DNA of 64,000 bases from Chthoniobacter sp. (GCA_037200205.1 JBBCHV010000028.1:75856-139855), one strand, 5' to 3'. Counted from the first letter of the stretch, positions 1 to 11,900 are shown. Program-made: numbers and translations. Notes: generated by a model not told the origin, from the sequence alone.

Positions 1-861
1 CTGCTCCCGGCGCCCGCGGAGACGACTTCAACCGCTTCCGATGTCACCCGCATCGAGGATGTGGTCTACGGTCGCAAGTTCGGCGTCGCCCTGACGCTCG
101 ATGTTCTCCAGCCCGCCAGGCCGAATGGCTACGGCATCGTGTATATGGTCAGCGGCGGTTGGAAATCGAACCACGACTCGATCAGCGCCAAAGGCTACGC
201 GCCCTACCTCGACCGCGGTTACACCGTCTTCGCCGTATGTCACGGCTGCCAGCCGCGGTTCACCATTCCGGAGATCACCGAGGATGTGAATCGCGCCGTG
301 CGTTTCATCCGCCATAATGCGGCGAAGTGGAACGTGAAGCCCGACGAACTCGGCGTCACCGGCGGCAGTGCCGGCGGCCATCTTTCGCTCACCCTCGGCA
401 CCGGCGGCGGTCCGGGCAAGGCGGACGCCAAGGATCCGATCGATCGTGAGAGCAGCGCCGTGCAATGCGTGGCGTGCTTCTACCCGCCGACCGATTTTCT
501 GAATTACGGCGAGCCCGGCAAGGATTGCGTGGGCGCGGGCGTGCTGCAGGATTTGCGGGCCGCCTTCTTCGCTCCCGGCGCGGCCGATACGCCGGAAATC
601 CACCAGGCCCTCGGCCACGAGATTTCGCCCATCTATCATATCACGGCGAAGATGCCGCCCACGCTCATCATCCATGGCGACGCAGATCCGCGGGTGCCCA
701 TCCAGCAGTCGCAGAGCTTCGTGCAAAAGGCCACCGAAGCCGGCGCCACCGCCAGACTGATCGTCAAGCCCGGCGCCGCCCACGGCTGGCCGAATCAAGG
801 CCCGGACATGGCGGTGCTTGCCGATTGGTTCGACCAGTATCTGCGCGGCATCCAGAAGTAA
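1..861 (+). CDS. alpha/beta hydrolase (BD-FAE-like esterase), 5' end outside window
   Basis: VSGGW oxyanion motif, GGSAGG nucleophile elbow, HGDAD and GAAHG catalytic Asp/His; frame is open to base 1. Confidence 0.85.
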   Translation: MLPAPAETTSTASDVTRIEDVVYGRKFGVALTLDVLQPARPNGYGIVYMVSGGWKSNHDSISAKGYAPYLDRGYTVFAVCHGCQPRFTIPEITEDVNRAVRFIRHNAAKWNVKPDELGVTGGSAGGHLSLTLGTGGGPGKADAKDPIDRESSAVQCVACFYPPTDFLNYGEPGKDCVGAGVLQDLRAAFFAPGAADTPEIHQALGHEISPIYHITAKMPPTLIIHGDADPRVPIQQSQSFVQKATEAGATARLIVKPGAAHGWPNQGPDMAVLADWFDQYLRGIQK

Positions 862-975
862 GGCGCTCCGCCGCCCTCAATTCGCTGGCGCAAAGGGTCA
901 TTCGCGGCTAACGAAACACCCGCCATTTTTCGGCAGCCCGGCTGCCGTCCGCCTCACCCTTCCGCCTTTTCTTCC

Positions 976-2588
976 ATGCTCACCATCCGCGAACTCAAGA
1001 AATCCCTCGGTGGCCGCGTCCTTTTCGAAGACGCCACCATGCAGGTGAACTACGGCGAACGCGTCGCCCTCGTCGGCCCGAACGGCGCCGGCAAATCCAC
1101 GCTCTTCAATATCGTCCTCAAGCGCGAGGAAGCGGACGCGGGCAGCGTGGAGCGCGACGAGTGGACGATGATCGGCTTATCTCCCGCAGGAGGCCGAAGC
1201 CCACGGCGATTACACCGCGCTCGATGTCGCCACCGGCCGGGCCGGCGAAGTCCCCGCGCTGGAAAAGCGCCTGCGCGAACTCGAGCAGGCCGGGGACGTC
1301 TCCAGCCCCGAGTATCTCGAGGCCCACGCCAAGCACGAGGCCCTCGCCGACCCGCAGGTCGACGCCAAGGCCAAGCGCATGCTCGCCGGCCTCGGCTACC
1401 GCGAGGAACATTTCGCCAAGGCCGCCCGCGAACTCAGCGGCGGCTGGGTCATGCGCGCCCATCTGGCCCGCCTGCTCGTCATGGAGCCCGATCTGCTCAT
1501 GCTCGACGAGCCGACCAATCACCTCGACCTCCTCTCGCTGCTCTGGCTGCAAAACTATCTCAAAAACTATTCCGGCGCCGTGCTGCTCATCTCACACGAT
1601 CGCCAGTTCATGGATGAAATCGTCCAGACCGTCTTCGAAATCGACGAACGCAAACTGGTCCAATATACCGGCAACTACTCCGACTTTCTCCGGCAGAAGG
1701 AAGAGCGTTACGAGCAGCAAAACGCCGCCTACAAAAACCAGCAAAAGGAAATCGCCGCGTTGCAGGAATTCGCCGACCGCTTTCGTTCCGTCTCCTCCAA
1801 GGCCTCGCAGGCGCAGAGCAAGCTCAAGCAGATCGAGCGCATGGAGCTCATCGAAAAGCCGTTGCCGCCGCGCAAACCTTTCCGCTTCCAGATTCCGCAG
1901 CCGCCCCCGCAGCGGCGCGCTCGTCGTATCGCTCACCGGCATCCACATGGCCTACGGCAACAATGTCGTCTACCAAGGCCTCGACCTCGACGTGGAGCGC
2001 GGCGAACGCACCGTGCTCGTCGGCCCGAACGGCGCGGGCAAATCCACGCTGCTCAAGATTCTCGCCGGCGTGCTGGAATTCCAAAAAGGCGAACGCAAGC
2101 CCGGCCTGAACGCGAAGATCGGCTATTTCTCCCAGCACCGCTCCGCCACCCTCGACGTCAATAAGACCGTGCTCCAGGAAGTCATGGACGCCAACGGCAC
2201 GCTCAGCGAGAACGAGGCACGTGGCATTCTCGGCTCCTTCCTCTTCCGCAAGGATGAGATCTACAAGAAAACCGGCATCCTCAGCGGCGGCGAGAAGACG
2301 CGACTCAACCTCATCAAGTTCCTCGTCGACCCCGCCCAATCTCCTGCTCATGGACGAGCCCACGACCCACCTCGACATTCACACCGTCGAGTCGCTCATC
2401 CTTGCGCTGGAAAGCTACCAGGGCACCCTCGTCTTCATCAGCAACGACGTACACTTCATCCGCAAGCTCGCCACCAAAGTCCTGCACGTGAACAACGGCC
2501 AGGTCCGCTCCTACCCCGGCGGCTACGATTACTTCCTGGAAAAGACCGGCGCGCTCGGCAACGAACGGGCGGCGATCACGGCGGATAA
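976..2588 (+). CDS. ABC-F family ATPase, frameshifted near 1180, 1910 and 2335
   Basis: Two NBDs over ORFs 976-1617, 1379-2164, 1161-2588, 2221-2868: GPNGAGKST twice, LSGGW and LSGGEK signatures, LDEPTNHLD and MDEPTTHLD; no TM domain. Confidence 0.9.
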
Positions 2589-2674
2589 GTTCCAAGTCTC
2601 CTGCCAGGGCTATCATGCTTCTGGGGTTTTGCGGGTAGCGCGCGTCCGCGCCGCCATCCGCACCCCCCTACGCC

Positions 2675-2814
2675 GTCATCCTGAGCTTGCGAAGGGATCT
2701 CTGATTTCGCTCTGGCATCTGACGCGTGGCCGAACGTGCAAGCTTGGCTCCATCATTTGCCATGCGTGTGAAGAAAGGCAGAAGATCAGAGGTTCTTCGC
2801 AAGCTCAGAATGAC
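2675..2814. repeat. Palindromic MITE/REP-doublet element, family A copy 1
   Basis: About 30-bp terminal inverted repeats GTCATCCTGAGCTTGCGAAG...CTTCGCAAGCTCAGAATGAC; homologous to 50380-50518. Confidence 0.85.
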
Positions 2815-2872
2815 CGTGTAGGAAGGGGGGCACGCGCTAGACACGTTCAAGACACGCTCCAAGCATGAGCGC

Positions 2873-4316
2873 TTACTCCGCCGACGCTTTCTTCTTCTTT
2901 CCTCCACCGAGATAGGGCGGTGGCTCCAACGTCACGGCTGTTTCTTTCGCCTGCGCGGCGAGGTCGGCGGGGGTGAGCTTGTCCGGCGACCACTCGGCCG
3001 GCTTGGGGTCGGCCACCGTGAGCGGAAATGGATCGTCATAGTTGCTTCTGCAACTCGGCGAGTTTGCCGAGTAGCGCCTTGATCTTCCCTTCATTCTCCG
3101 GGCGGGCCCGCGAGATCGGTTTCTTCGTGGGCGTCTTGGGCCAGGTCGAAGAGTTGCGTCTTGTCGATCAGCGGATAGCGGATGAGTTTCCAGCGATCGT
3201 TGCTGATCGAGCGCTGACAGTTCTTGTAAGCGTTGAAGAGATACTCCCGCACGCGCGGCTTTTCACCGCGGATGATGGGAGCAAGGCTCAGCCCCCTCGA
3301 CCCGCGCGGGGATGGACGTGCCGGCGAATTCGCAGAGCGTGGGAAAAACATCCATGAGATAGACTATCGCACGCGTCTCGCCTTGCGGAACTCCCTTCCC
3401 GGCCACGATGAGCGGCACACTCATACCGCCGAATTCGTAGAGGTTTTTGTTTGCCGAGCAGCCCGTGCTCGCCCAGCGAAAGTCCGTTGTCGCCCGCGAT
3501 GACGAAGATCGTGTTTTCGAATTGCCCGGCGTCGCGCAGCGCCTGGATCACCCGTCCCATGGCGGCGTCCCAATATTCGGTGGAGGCATAATAGCGCGCG
3601 AGCTTGCGGCCGACGTTTTCTTTCGTGCGCGGCCAGGGCAGCGTCATCTCATCGCGCACCTTGATGTCGCCATTATCGAAGGATGAAATGGCGCGAATGC
3701 TTGCGGCAGCGGCACCGCCTCCGGCTGGTAGTGCGCGTAGAAATCTGGCGTCGCGTATTGAGGATCGTGCGGTTCATGCGGCGCGATGTAGAGACACATC
3801 GGCTTCGTGCCTGCCGCGCGCCGGATGAAATCGATCGCCTTGTCCGCAACAAGCCATCGATTCGCCGGGATCGTAGGTTTCATCGAATTCCGCGGTCACC
3901 GCTTTCGGCGAATTATCGTTTTTGCCCGTGTGCAGCGTGGCGTAACCCGCCGCCTTCATCGCCCGCGGAAACGAATAGCTCTCCGGAGTGGAGTCCGGCT
4001 CGATGGCACCCTTGCCATTCGGCACCGCTTTCATCGCGCGAAACATCGACATCCCGGTAAGCAACATCGTGCGGCTCGGCAGGCACACGGCACCGACCAT
4101 CGATCCCATCGTGTAAGCGCGGCGAAAGATGAAGCCGGTGGAGACCAATGAATCCACATTCGGGGTCTTCACCACCGGATGGCCGAGGCTGCCCAGGCAA
4201 TCGCAGCGGAGATCATCCGCGAGCAGGATCACGATGTTAGGCTTACCCTCGGCGCCGTGCGACCAGGGCGAAAAGCAGACGACAAAAAGGGCGACGAGCA
4301 GGCGGGAGAGTTTCAT
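2873..4316 (-). CDS. Sulfatase (Cys-type), several frameshifts
   Basis: Signal peptide, PNIVILLADD, CLPSRTMLLTG formylglycine motif, PHDP, GDNGLSLGEHGLLGK, WKLIRYP, QLFDL spread over four ORF fragments. Confidence 0.9.
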
Positions 4317-4373
4317 GGGGGGGGAGATGCCGTGGAGCTTTCTAGATTCGCCGCGGTCGGCGATCAAGATACG

Positions 4374-4553
4374 TCACGTCGCGCCGGCAGGTGGCTCGCC
4401 GAGAAGCAGCGCCTGCTCTGCCGCACTCGTGCCGTTGCCCGCACGCGGGATCGCCGTCTTCTTCGTGGCCGGAACTCCCGGCGTGAATTGTCCGCGGCGC
4501 AGATCGGTCTTCGATTTTTCCGCCGGGGCCGAACGTAGAACGTGCCTGGCCAT
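4374..4553 (-). CDS. Putative 59-aa small protein translationally coupled to the ExeA-like ATPase
   Basis: ATG overlaps the upstream stop (TAATG); reads MARHVLRSAPAEKSKTDLRRG...PPAGAT. Confidence 0.4.
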   Translation of the reverse strand: MARHVLRSAPAEKSKTDLRRGQFTPGVPATKKTAIPRAGNGTSAAEQALLLGEPPAGAT

Positions 4554-5525
4554 TACATCCGGCGCGCCGCGGAGCGCACGAGCGTTTCGTCGACGAGCGC
4601 TGCGCGGACGTCGGCGGCTTCGATCAGGCTGAGCATGGCCAGCTTGTTTACGTTGCGGCAGATGCCGCCGGAAAGTTCGTGCAGCGCGGCCAGTGCGGGT
4701 TCGGCAAAGAGCTCGTCGATTCGCCCGGCGATGAGCAGGCGGTATTTGACGTACTGGACCACTTCCTCCGGGGTGAGCGGGCGGAGTTCGCTGCGCAGAT
4801 AGATGCGATTGTTGAGCGACGCGTAACTGGGATGCCCCAGCCGTTGCAGGAGCCGCGACTCCGCGAAGAGCAGGCAGGTCACCAGCTTCTGCTCGGGAGT
4901 CTCAATGTTGCTGATCGTGCGGACCATGTGCAGGCAATCGGCGGAAAGCAGATGGCATTCATCGACGATGATGACGAGCCGTTGCCCCTGCTCGTGGAGT
5001 TCGATGATGTGGTTGCTCAATTGCTTCACCAGATCCTGCACCCGCAAAATCCCCACCGGCAGCGCAATGTCCAACTCGGACAGGATCTCGCGCAGCAGTC
5101 CGGTCTTGCTCAAGCCGGGCGTCACCAGCAACAGCACCACCCGGTATTTCGGATCGTCGAAATGCTGCAGCAGGAGCTGGCTCACGAGCGTCTTGCCCGT
5201 CCCGCTCGGCCCCGCAACCATGCCCAGTGAAGCGCGAAACTCCACCGCAAGCATCATACTGCGAAAGGCCTCCGCGTGCCCGTCGGTGCGGAAGAAAAAT
5301 GTCGGGTGCACGGAATCCGCAAATGGATTTTCCTTCAGCGCGTAGAAGTCCACGAAGTTGCCTGCGGGCGCGAAGGGCAGGATCTCCGGGGTCGTGGGCG
5401 GTGGGGGGTACCGGCAGATTTTCCAGAAGATTCAGGAAGGCATCCATGTCCGCATCCTCCGTGGGCGCCGGCGGCAGGAGGGGAGCGGCGGGTGTGGGTT
5501 CAAGAGGCTGGGCTTGTGTTTCCAT
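4553..5525 (-). CDS. ExeA/GspA-type AAA+ ATPase; Pro-rich N-terminus probably joined by a frameshift near 5375
   Basis: FYALKENPF start, Walker A GPSGTGKT, Walker B IIVDECH, YVKYRLLIAG, SGGICRNVN. Confidence 0.85.
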
Positions 5526-5563
5526 GGCGGGCTCGGTGGTTTGCGGAAAAAGGATTTCCGTCT

Positions 5564-6595
5564 TCAGGCGGCCGCGCAGTTGGGCTCCGTCTCGCAGGCG
5601 GCCGTGCGGTCGGATTTGTCTTCTTCGAGAACTTGCGCGGCGATCGACGCGAGGCGCTTCGCGTTGGCATTGCCGGGATCGCTCAACAGCAGCGGACGCC
5701 GGCTCTGGGCCGAGCGCTCGAACGCCGGGTCGCGGTCGAGAAATCCCAAGGTGCGCACGGACGTGCTCAGGTAGCGCTCGGCACAGCCCGCGATGCGCTC
5801 GATCACCCGTCCCGCCTCCTGTTCATCCGCGGCCTGGTTGACGAGCAGATTCAGTCGCGTCGCCAGCCGCGTTTCGTAGGCGAGCTTGATGACGCCGTAG
5901 GCGTCGAGCGTGGAAGCGAGCGCGGGAGTCGCGACGACGATGGACTCCTGCGCGAGGCTCAGAAAATGAGTGACCGACGCGGAGATGCCCGCCGCCGTAT
6001 CGATGATCAGCACATCGAAATCCGCCGCGGCGCGCAGCAGTTGCTGGCCGAGGGTCTCCAGCGCGAGGACGGTGAGATCCGACAAGCGGCTCACACCCGA
6101 GGTGCCGCAAATCATCTGGATGCCGCCCGGCCCCGGCATGATCACCTCCTCGATGCTCGCCCGGCGGTCGATCAGGTCGAGCAGCGTCACCTTTGGATTC
6201 ACCCCCGTGTAGATGTGGACATTGGCCATGCCGAAATCGGCGTCGAAAAGCAACACGCGCTTCCCGAGTTGCGCGCAGGCGACCGCGAGATTCACCGAAC
6301 ACGTCGTCTTGCCCACCCCGCCCTTGCCGCTGGTCACGGCGATGGTCTTGGTGCGCCGGAAGGTTGCGTTCAGTTCCGCCCGTACCTCCGCCACGGAGTC
6401 CCGATAGTAAAAGAGCCGCTGATGCACCCACAGGGTCAATTCCCGCCGCCACGTTTTGATCGTCTCGTTGTCCGAAGGCTTTTCCGCCAGGTAATCGCTG
6501 AAAGTCCGCTGGAGAAACTGGATCTGCGAGGGTTCGATGGCCGGCGACGCGCCGCCGGCCGGCGGCTCGGTGGAGGACGGCGTGGAAGTGCTCAT
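5564..6595 (-). CDS. MinD/ParA ATPase, FlhG/FleN-like, with an N-terminal extension
   Basis: Deviant Walker A SGKGGVGKTT, DADFGMAN, GPGGIQMICG, IIDTAAGIS. Confidence 0.88.
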   Translation of the reverse strand: MSTSTPSSTEPPAGGASPAIEPSQIQFLQRTFSDYLAEKPSDNETIKTWRRELTLWVHQRLFYYRDSVAEVRAELNATFRRTKTIAVTSGKGGVGKTTCSVNLAVACAQLGKRVLLFDADFGMANVHIYTGVNPKVTLLDLIDRRASIEEVIMPGPGGIQMICGTSGVSRLSDLTVLALETLGQQLLRAAADFDVLIIDTAAGISASVTHFLSLAQESIVVATPALASTLDAYGVIKLAYETRLATRLNLLVNQAADEQEAGRVIERIAGCAERYLSTSVRTLGFLDRDPAFERSAQSRRPLLLSDPGNANAKRLASIAAQVLEEDKSDRTAACETEPNCAAA

Positions 6596-6774
6596 GGAGT
6601 CAGAAGTGGAAACCGATGCCGCCGAGGGGAGCGCAAAATGGATCTTTCCCCCACGAACCACAAGATATGGTGGTAAGGTTTTCAACTTGACTACCACTAA
6701 TGGGCTGCCAGCTTGTCATAGTCAAGCTCAATGGGAGGTTCTTTTTCGAGAATCGTGCCCGTGCTTCCACGCCC

Positions 6775-7230
6775 ATGTCCGCCGTCCATTTTTATTGCGT
6801 CCTTTGCGGGACCGCACTGGAGACTTCGTCCGATTCCCGGCACGACCTCACGAAGTGCCCCTGCTGCTCGCGCTACGTCCCGGTTCCGAGACCGATGCGT
6901 ATGACCGGCAATCCCAACTCCTACCAGGCGGTGTTCCCACCGGAGGTGCTCGGGCTTTCGGTGAAGTTTCGATGCGACGCCTGCGGCGCGGTGATTTCCG
7001 CCGATGCCCGCTGCGAAGGGCGCCCATTGGCCTGCGACGACTGCGGGATCAAGGTCACGGTTCCGCGCTGGTCGGACGTGGCGACCTGGCCGCGCTTTTC
7101 GGAAGCCGGCCAAATCGCGCGCCTGCGGGCGTCGCAGCCTCCGGCCCGCGTGGAGCCGCCGACTTTGACCGTCGAGGAGATCGATTTCCTGCGCGGAACA
7201 GACTCCGGGAAACCCGAGGCGGCTGCCTAG
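6775..7230 (+). CDS. Tandem zinc-ribbon protein
   Basis: Four CxxC pairs: CVLC, CPCC, CDAC, CDDC. Confidence 0.7.
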   Translation: MSAVHFYCVLCGTALETSSDSRHDLTKCPCCSRYVPVPRPMRMTGNPNSYQAVFPPEVLGLSVKFRCDACGAVISADARCEGRPLACDDCGIKVTVPRWSDVATWPRFSEAGQIARLRASQPPARVEPPTLTVEEIDFLRGTDSGKPEAAA

Positions 7231-7236
7231 CGCCAG

Positions 7237-7961
7237 ATGGTCAAGACACACGTCGCTCCCGAAACCGGCGAGACCGTGTGCCCGGCCTGCGGCGCCCGAA
7301 TCCGGGCGGCGCCTTCCGCCCGGCGCCGGCGCGTGCACTGCCCGAAATGCCGCGAGGTGATCGTCCTCGAGAGTTCACCCGGCAGCGAACCGGAACCCGC
7401 TCCCCCGCCTCCCGCCGCTCCGCCCGTACCCGATATCGCCGCCACGGAAACGCGAAGCCGTATCGACTCCCTCGAGGCCCGCGTGGAAGCGCTCGAAGCC
7501 GCCTTGCGCGACTCGATGGCCGCCACGCGATCCGCAGCTTCGAGCACGCCGCAGCGCAAATTGTTGTGGATCACCACCACACCCGGTCAGGCGCCCGCCT
7601 TTTCCGCCGAGCAGGATCTCGCCCTCTCGCACAACCTCATCGGTGTGCGCTCGCAGGCGATCACCATCCGCAACCCCGGCGGGTGACTCCGCCGCCCGCG
7701 CTCACGCCGAATGGTTCAAGTCGATCTTCGAGCGCGCCGGATGGACGGTGCGCGGACCGGAAGAAATGCCGCCCGGCAGCGTTGTCACGGGCCTGTCCCT
7801 GGCCGTCCCCCGAACTCCCCGTGGCCAAGGAAGCCGCCGCGACTTATCTCGCCTTGAAAGCCGCCGGCTTCGAGCCCATCCCCATCCTGGATTCCGAGCC
7901 CCGATCCGAATCCGGCGCCGCCGCGCTCTCGCTCACGCTCCCGCCGGTGAAAGCGGCGTAG
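7237..7961 (+). CDS. Zinc-ribbon / coiled-coil protein, frameshifts near 7680 and 7810
   Basis: CPAC...CPKC, Pro linker, RIDSLEARVEALEAAL coiled coil; C-terminus continues in other frames to 7961. Confidence 0.6.
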
Positions 7962-8004
7962 GATGGCGTTCGCCCTCCCGGCGGATTACCTATTTGCTCA
8001 TCCC

Positions 8005-8956
8005 ATGCCCGCTCACGACCACCCCGATCACGATGAAGAAGAGCATGAGCACGAACATGCCGGCCACGGCCACTCCCACGCTCCCGCCAGCTTCGGCCGC
8101 GCCTTCGCCGTCGGCATCGTCCTCAATACCATCTTCGTCATCGTTGAGGTCGTCTACGGCCTGCTCTCACACTCGCTCGCCCTGGTCGCCGATGCCGGGC
8201 ACAATCTCAGCGATGTCCTCGGCCTCGTGCTGGCCTGGGGTGCGACCGTGCTCACCAGGCGCGCCGCCACCGAGCGCCACACCTACGGCTTCCAGCGCTC
8301 TTCTGTGCTGGCGGCGCTGGGCAACGCCGTCGTGCTGCTCGTCAGCGTCGGCGCCATCGCTTGGGAAGCGCTCCAGCGCCTGCGCACGCCGGATCCGGTC
8401 GGTGCGCAGACGATCATCTGGGTGGCCCTGCTCGGCATCGCCGTCAACGCCGGCACCGCGCTCATGTTCCTGTCCGGCCGCAAAGGCGACCTGAACGTCC
8501 CGCGGCGCTTTCATCCACATGGCTGCCGACGCACTGATCTCCGCCGGCGTGGTCGTGGCTGGTGTCGTCATTAGCTTCACCGGTTGGTTCTGGCTCGATC
8601 CGCTGGTCAGCCTCGTCCTCGCCGCCGTCATCGTTCGCGGCACGTGGGATCTGTTGCGCGAATCGATCAATCTCTCCCTCGACGCCGTCCCCGAGGGCAT
8701 CGACCTCGCCGCGGTGGCGGCCTACCTGCGCACCCTGCCCCAGGTCAGCGACGCTCATCACCTCCACATCTGGGGCCTCAGCACCACGGAAGCCGCCCTC
8801 ACCGTCCACCTCGTCCTCACCGACGGCTCCCAAAACGACGCCCTCCTCCACGAGATCAACGACACCCTCCGCAACCGCTTCAAAATCGGCCACGCGACCA
8901 TCCAATTTGAGTCTCACGGCACCCAGTCCTGTGCGGCGGTCGGCGACGACACCTGA
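8005..8956 (+). CDS. czcD: CDF family Zn/Co/Cd efflux transporter (CzcD/ZitB-like), frameshift near 8500
   Basis: His-rich N-terminus, SLALVADAGHNLSD, HMAAD, HHLHIW, HATIQFE. Confidence 0.9.
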
Positions 8957-8974
8957 CGATACGCGTCCTGCGTG

Positions 8975-11900
8975 CTACTGGAGTATGCTCCCATTATCAA
9001 GGAATGAAATCAACGAACTCAGCGCAGGATGTTGCACGAACGACGCGCGCAAATTCTCTCTTCGCGCCTCCCAAGAGTTCCCCGGCTCGGTAAACATCAT
9101 CTGCTGCATTTCAGCCATGCCCTGCGGGCCTTTCTGTTCGGCTGCCTTCCGGCGGCGCGCCCGCTCGGCCACCACCTGCGGCAGCGCCAAAGCGGCCCCC
9201 TCTCCAGCTTCGGCTGCGCTTTCTCCGCGGCGAGAATCGCATCCCAATAAACCCGCAAGTCGCGCACCCCACCCAAGGTGCCGCTGTGGTGGATCATCGT
9301 GGGATCGAGCCGCAGCATCGCCAGCGTCGCGGCATCCATTTCAGCCGCCGGCAGAATCCCCTCGCCGCCGACCTCCGTGAGATGCTCCCACGCGTTGAAA
9401 TAATCGGGATCGAGTTTCACGGCCTTGGAAAACTCCGCCGCCGCTTCCGCGGCGCGCCCCTGCTCCTGCCGCAGATAACCCAGAAGATAGAAGACCTGCG
9501 GCCGGGCGGCTGGGCTGGCGGCCAGTTGTGTGAAGACGCGTTCGGCCACATTCTGCGCGCGCTCACTGGCGAAGGCTCCTTCGCAGCCGAAGCAGTGGCT
9601 CTCGATCCGGCCAAAACTTTCGGGCATCAATTCGAAGGCCCGCTGATAGTGCTGTTCTGCTCTGGCCAGGTCGCCGAGTTCGCTGTAGCGCAAGGCCAGT
9701 CGAGATTGGATGCAATAAGCGTCGGCGAAATGCTCCAGCGCTTCCTCATACATCTTCACCGCGCGCCGGAGCAGGCCAGCCTCCCACCAATCGTCCGCAT
9801 TTTCCGAAAGGCGGATCGCCTCCACTGCTCCGCGTATGATCTTCGCCTGGGCGGCGTCGCCCTTCTTTTCCAGGATATCCCCCAACACCGCGTAGGCCCG
9901 CATGCGGTCTCCCTTGCCCTCCTCGCCATCGGAAGGGTCGATGGCAATCGCCGCCCGCGCACTCTTCTCCGCCTCTTCCAGCCGGCCGGCATCCCCTTGT
10001 AACTTCGCCTTCCAGATCAGCGGACGCTCCTGAAACCGATCACGTTGCGCCAGCTCGTCCAGCCGCTTCTCCACCCCGTCGCCGCCTAATTCGAGGAGCA
10101 GCGCGTAACCCGGATCGTACCCGCTCTGGATCTCCACCAGGCGATTCACGATCCGTCGCGCCTCCTCCTTCCTTCCCGCCGTGGCCAGCGCCTTCGCCGC
10201 CATATAGAGGATCGGCACGTTAAGCTTTTCGCTCCCACGAAGGTCGGAAAGATCCACCACATTCCAGTAGGGCGATTGCTCGATGATCTTGAGCACATCG
10301 CCCTCACGGCCCGCCAGGTGATAGATGGCAGCCAGTTGCTCGGTGACGTTGCCGAGCTGTTCCTGCTCGTTTTCCCCATTCATCAGCGGCGACTCGCTCA
10401 CCAGCTTTTCCGCTTCCGCTCCACGCCCGATGCGGATCAGAAACTCCAGCACCAGATCCGTCGTGCCTCGGGCAGATGACGGATTGGCATTCGCCAGGTC
10501 CACGAGCGCGGCCGCCAACCCCTCATCGACTAACTCCGGCCGTTCCAGCAATCGCCCCAGCCGGACCAGATGCAGGCAGTCTTCCACGTGTTCCCGCGTC
10601 CGGTCGCTGCTGTTGCGGCTCATTTGCGCCAGCCGCACGACGGCCTCGGGCGGAAGGTTCACTTGCGCATTCGCGTAGCTCTTGCTGATTTCCGCTGCCG
10701 CATCCCCGCGCCGGGCGGGGACGCTTTTCTGGATCGTCTCCCGCAGGACTTTTATTCCGCTATCGATATCATCCGCGGCCAGCAAGGCGGTGAGGTAAAA
10801 GCGATCCGTCTGCTCGCGCGCTGCGGGTGAAAGATTCGGCCTCGCTCCCACTTCGCGCAGAAAAGCCAGAGCGCGGTCCGGTTCACCCAACCGCGCCGAG
10901 AGCTGGATATACGGCTCCCAATAGGGAAGCGCCGGATCGCCAGAAAGCACCTCCCGAAAAAAATCGCTAACCTGCCGGACCAATCCCTGCCGCACCAGAT
11001 AATCCGTCGTCCCGTGCTGCACAAACGACGGCGTCCCCACCGGGTTCTTGCTCATTTCCGCGAGGAGTTCGGCCGCTTCCTTCGTGCGATGTTGGGCGAT
11101 GAGCGCCACGAGATAAACCGCCGATGCCGGTGCGCGGTTGTAATCATTCTCGGAGTTGGTTTTCGGAAAGCGTTTCGCCAGCGCCTCGTACAAGGGCGCG
11201 TCATCCATCTCCTGTACCAGGCTCCAGACGGGGCTCTTCAATTGATCAGCCGACTCCGTCGCCACCCGCACGGCGAGCCGGCGCGTATCTTTGTCCGTGG
11301 TCTCCACTCCGACCCCGAGCGCAAATACGCGCTGGAGCAAAGCACGAGCCTTGTCTTCACCCACCCGCTTGAGCAGGGCCGGCACGCGAATCGCCCCGTT
11401 CTGATAGCGATTCCCGTGGCCTTCCATTCGCGTCAACCGCGCCTCAAAGGAAGCCAGTTGTTTGTCCTCCCCGTCGAGCGTCTCCAGCCCTTCCTCCATC
11501 GATTCGAGAAATTGCGCATCCATTGCCAGTTCACCCGGCCTGGCATGCTCGATCTTCACTCTCAGATCGTGCATCGCCCGGTCGCGGCCAGCCGCATCGT
11601 CCCGCAAGAGTGCCGCAAGGATATGTAACCCATACGGCCGTAAATTCTGGTCATCCGCCACTTTGGCATCCAATCGCCGGGCCAGCGCCTCCCAGGCATT
11701 TGACGGTGGCAATGACTCCAGGAAAGTTGTCACGGAAAGCCGTTCTTCCCAAGGCTGGGATTGGTTTATCGCGCTCGCGGGCAAGGCGGAAAAGGCATCG
11801 AACAGTCCCATCCATCGGGTCGCCGCTTCTTCCGGCGCCAGCTCAGCCGCCTGTGCACGATACTCCAAAAGCTTCTTGCGCAACTCCTCCACCGGATCCG

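Noticed and set aside
976-4316. Programmed frameshifting or pseudogenisation of the ABC-F and sulfatase genes
   Set aside because: Indels are numerous, lack consistent slippery motifs and leave conserved residues intact; sequencing error is more parsimonious
4553-5353. ExeA-like ATPase as a TnsC/MuB/IstB transposition helper
   Set aside because: No adjacent transposase or terminal repeats; it is co-transcribed with a MinD-type gene
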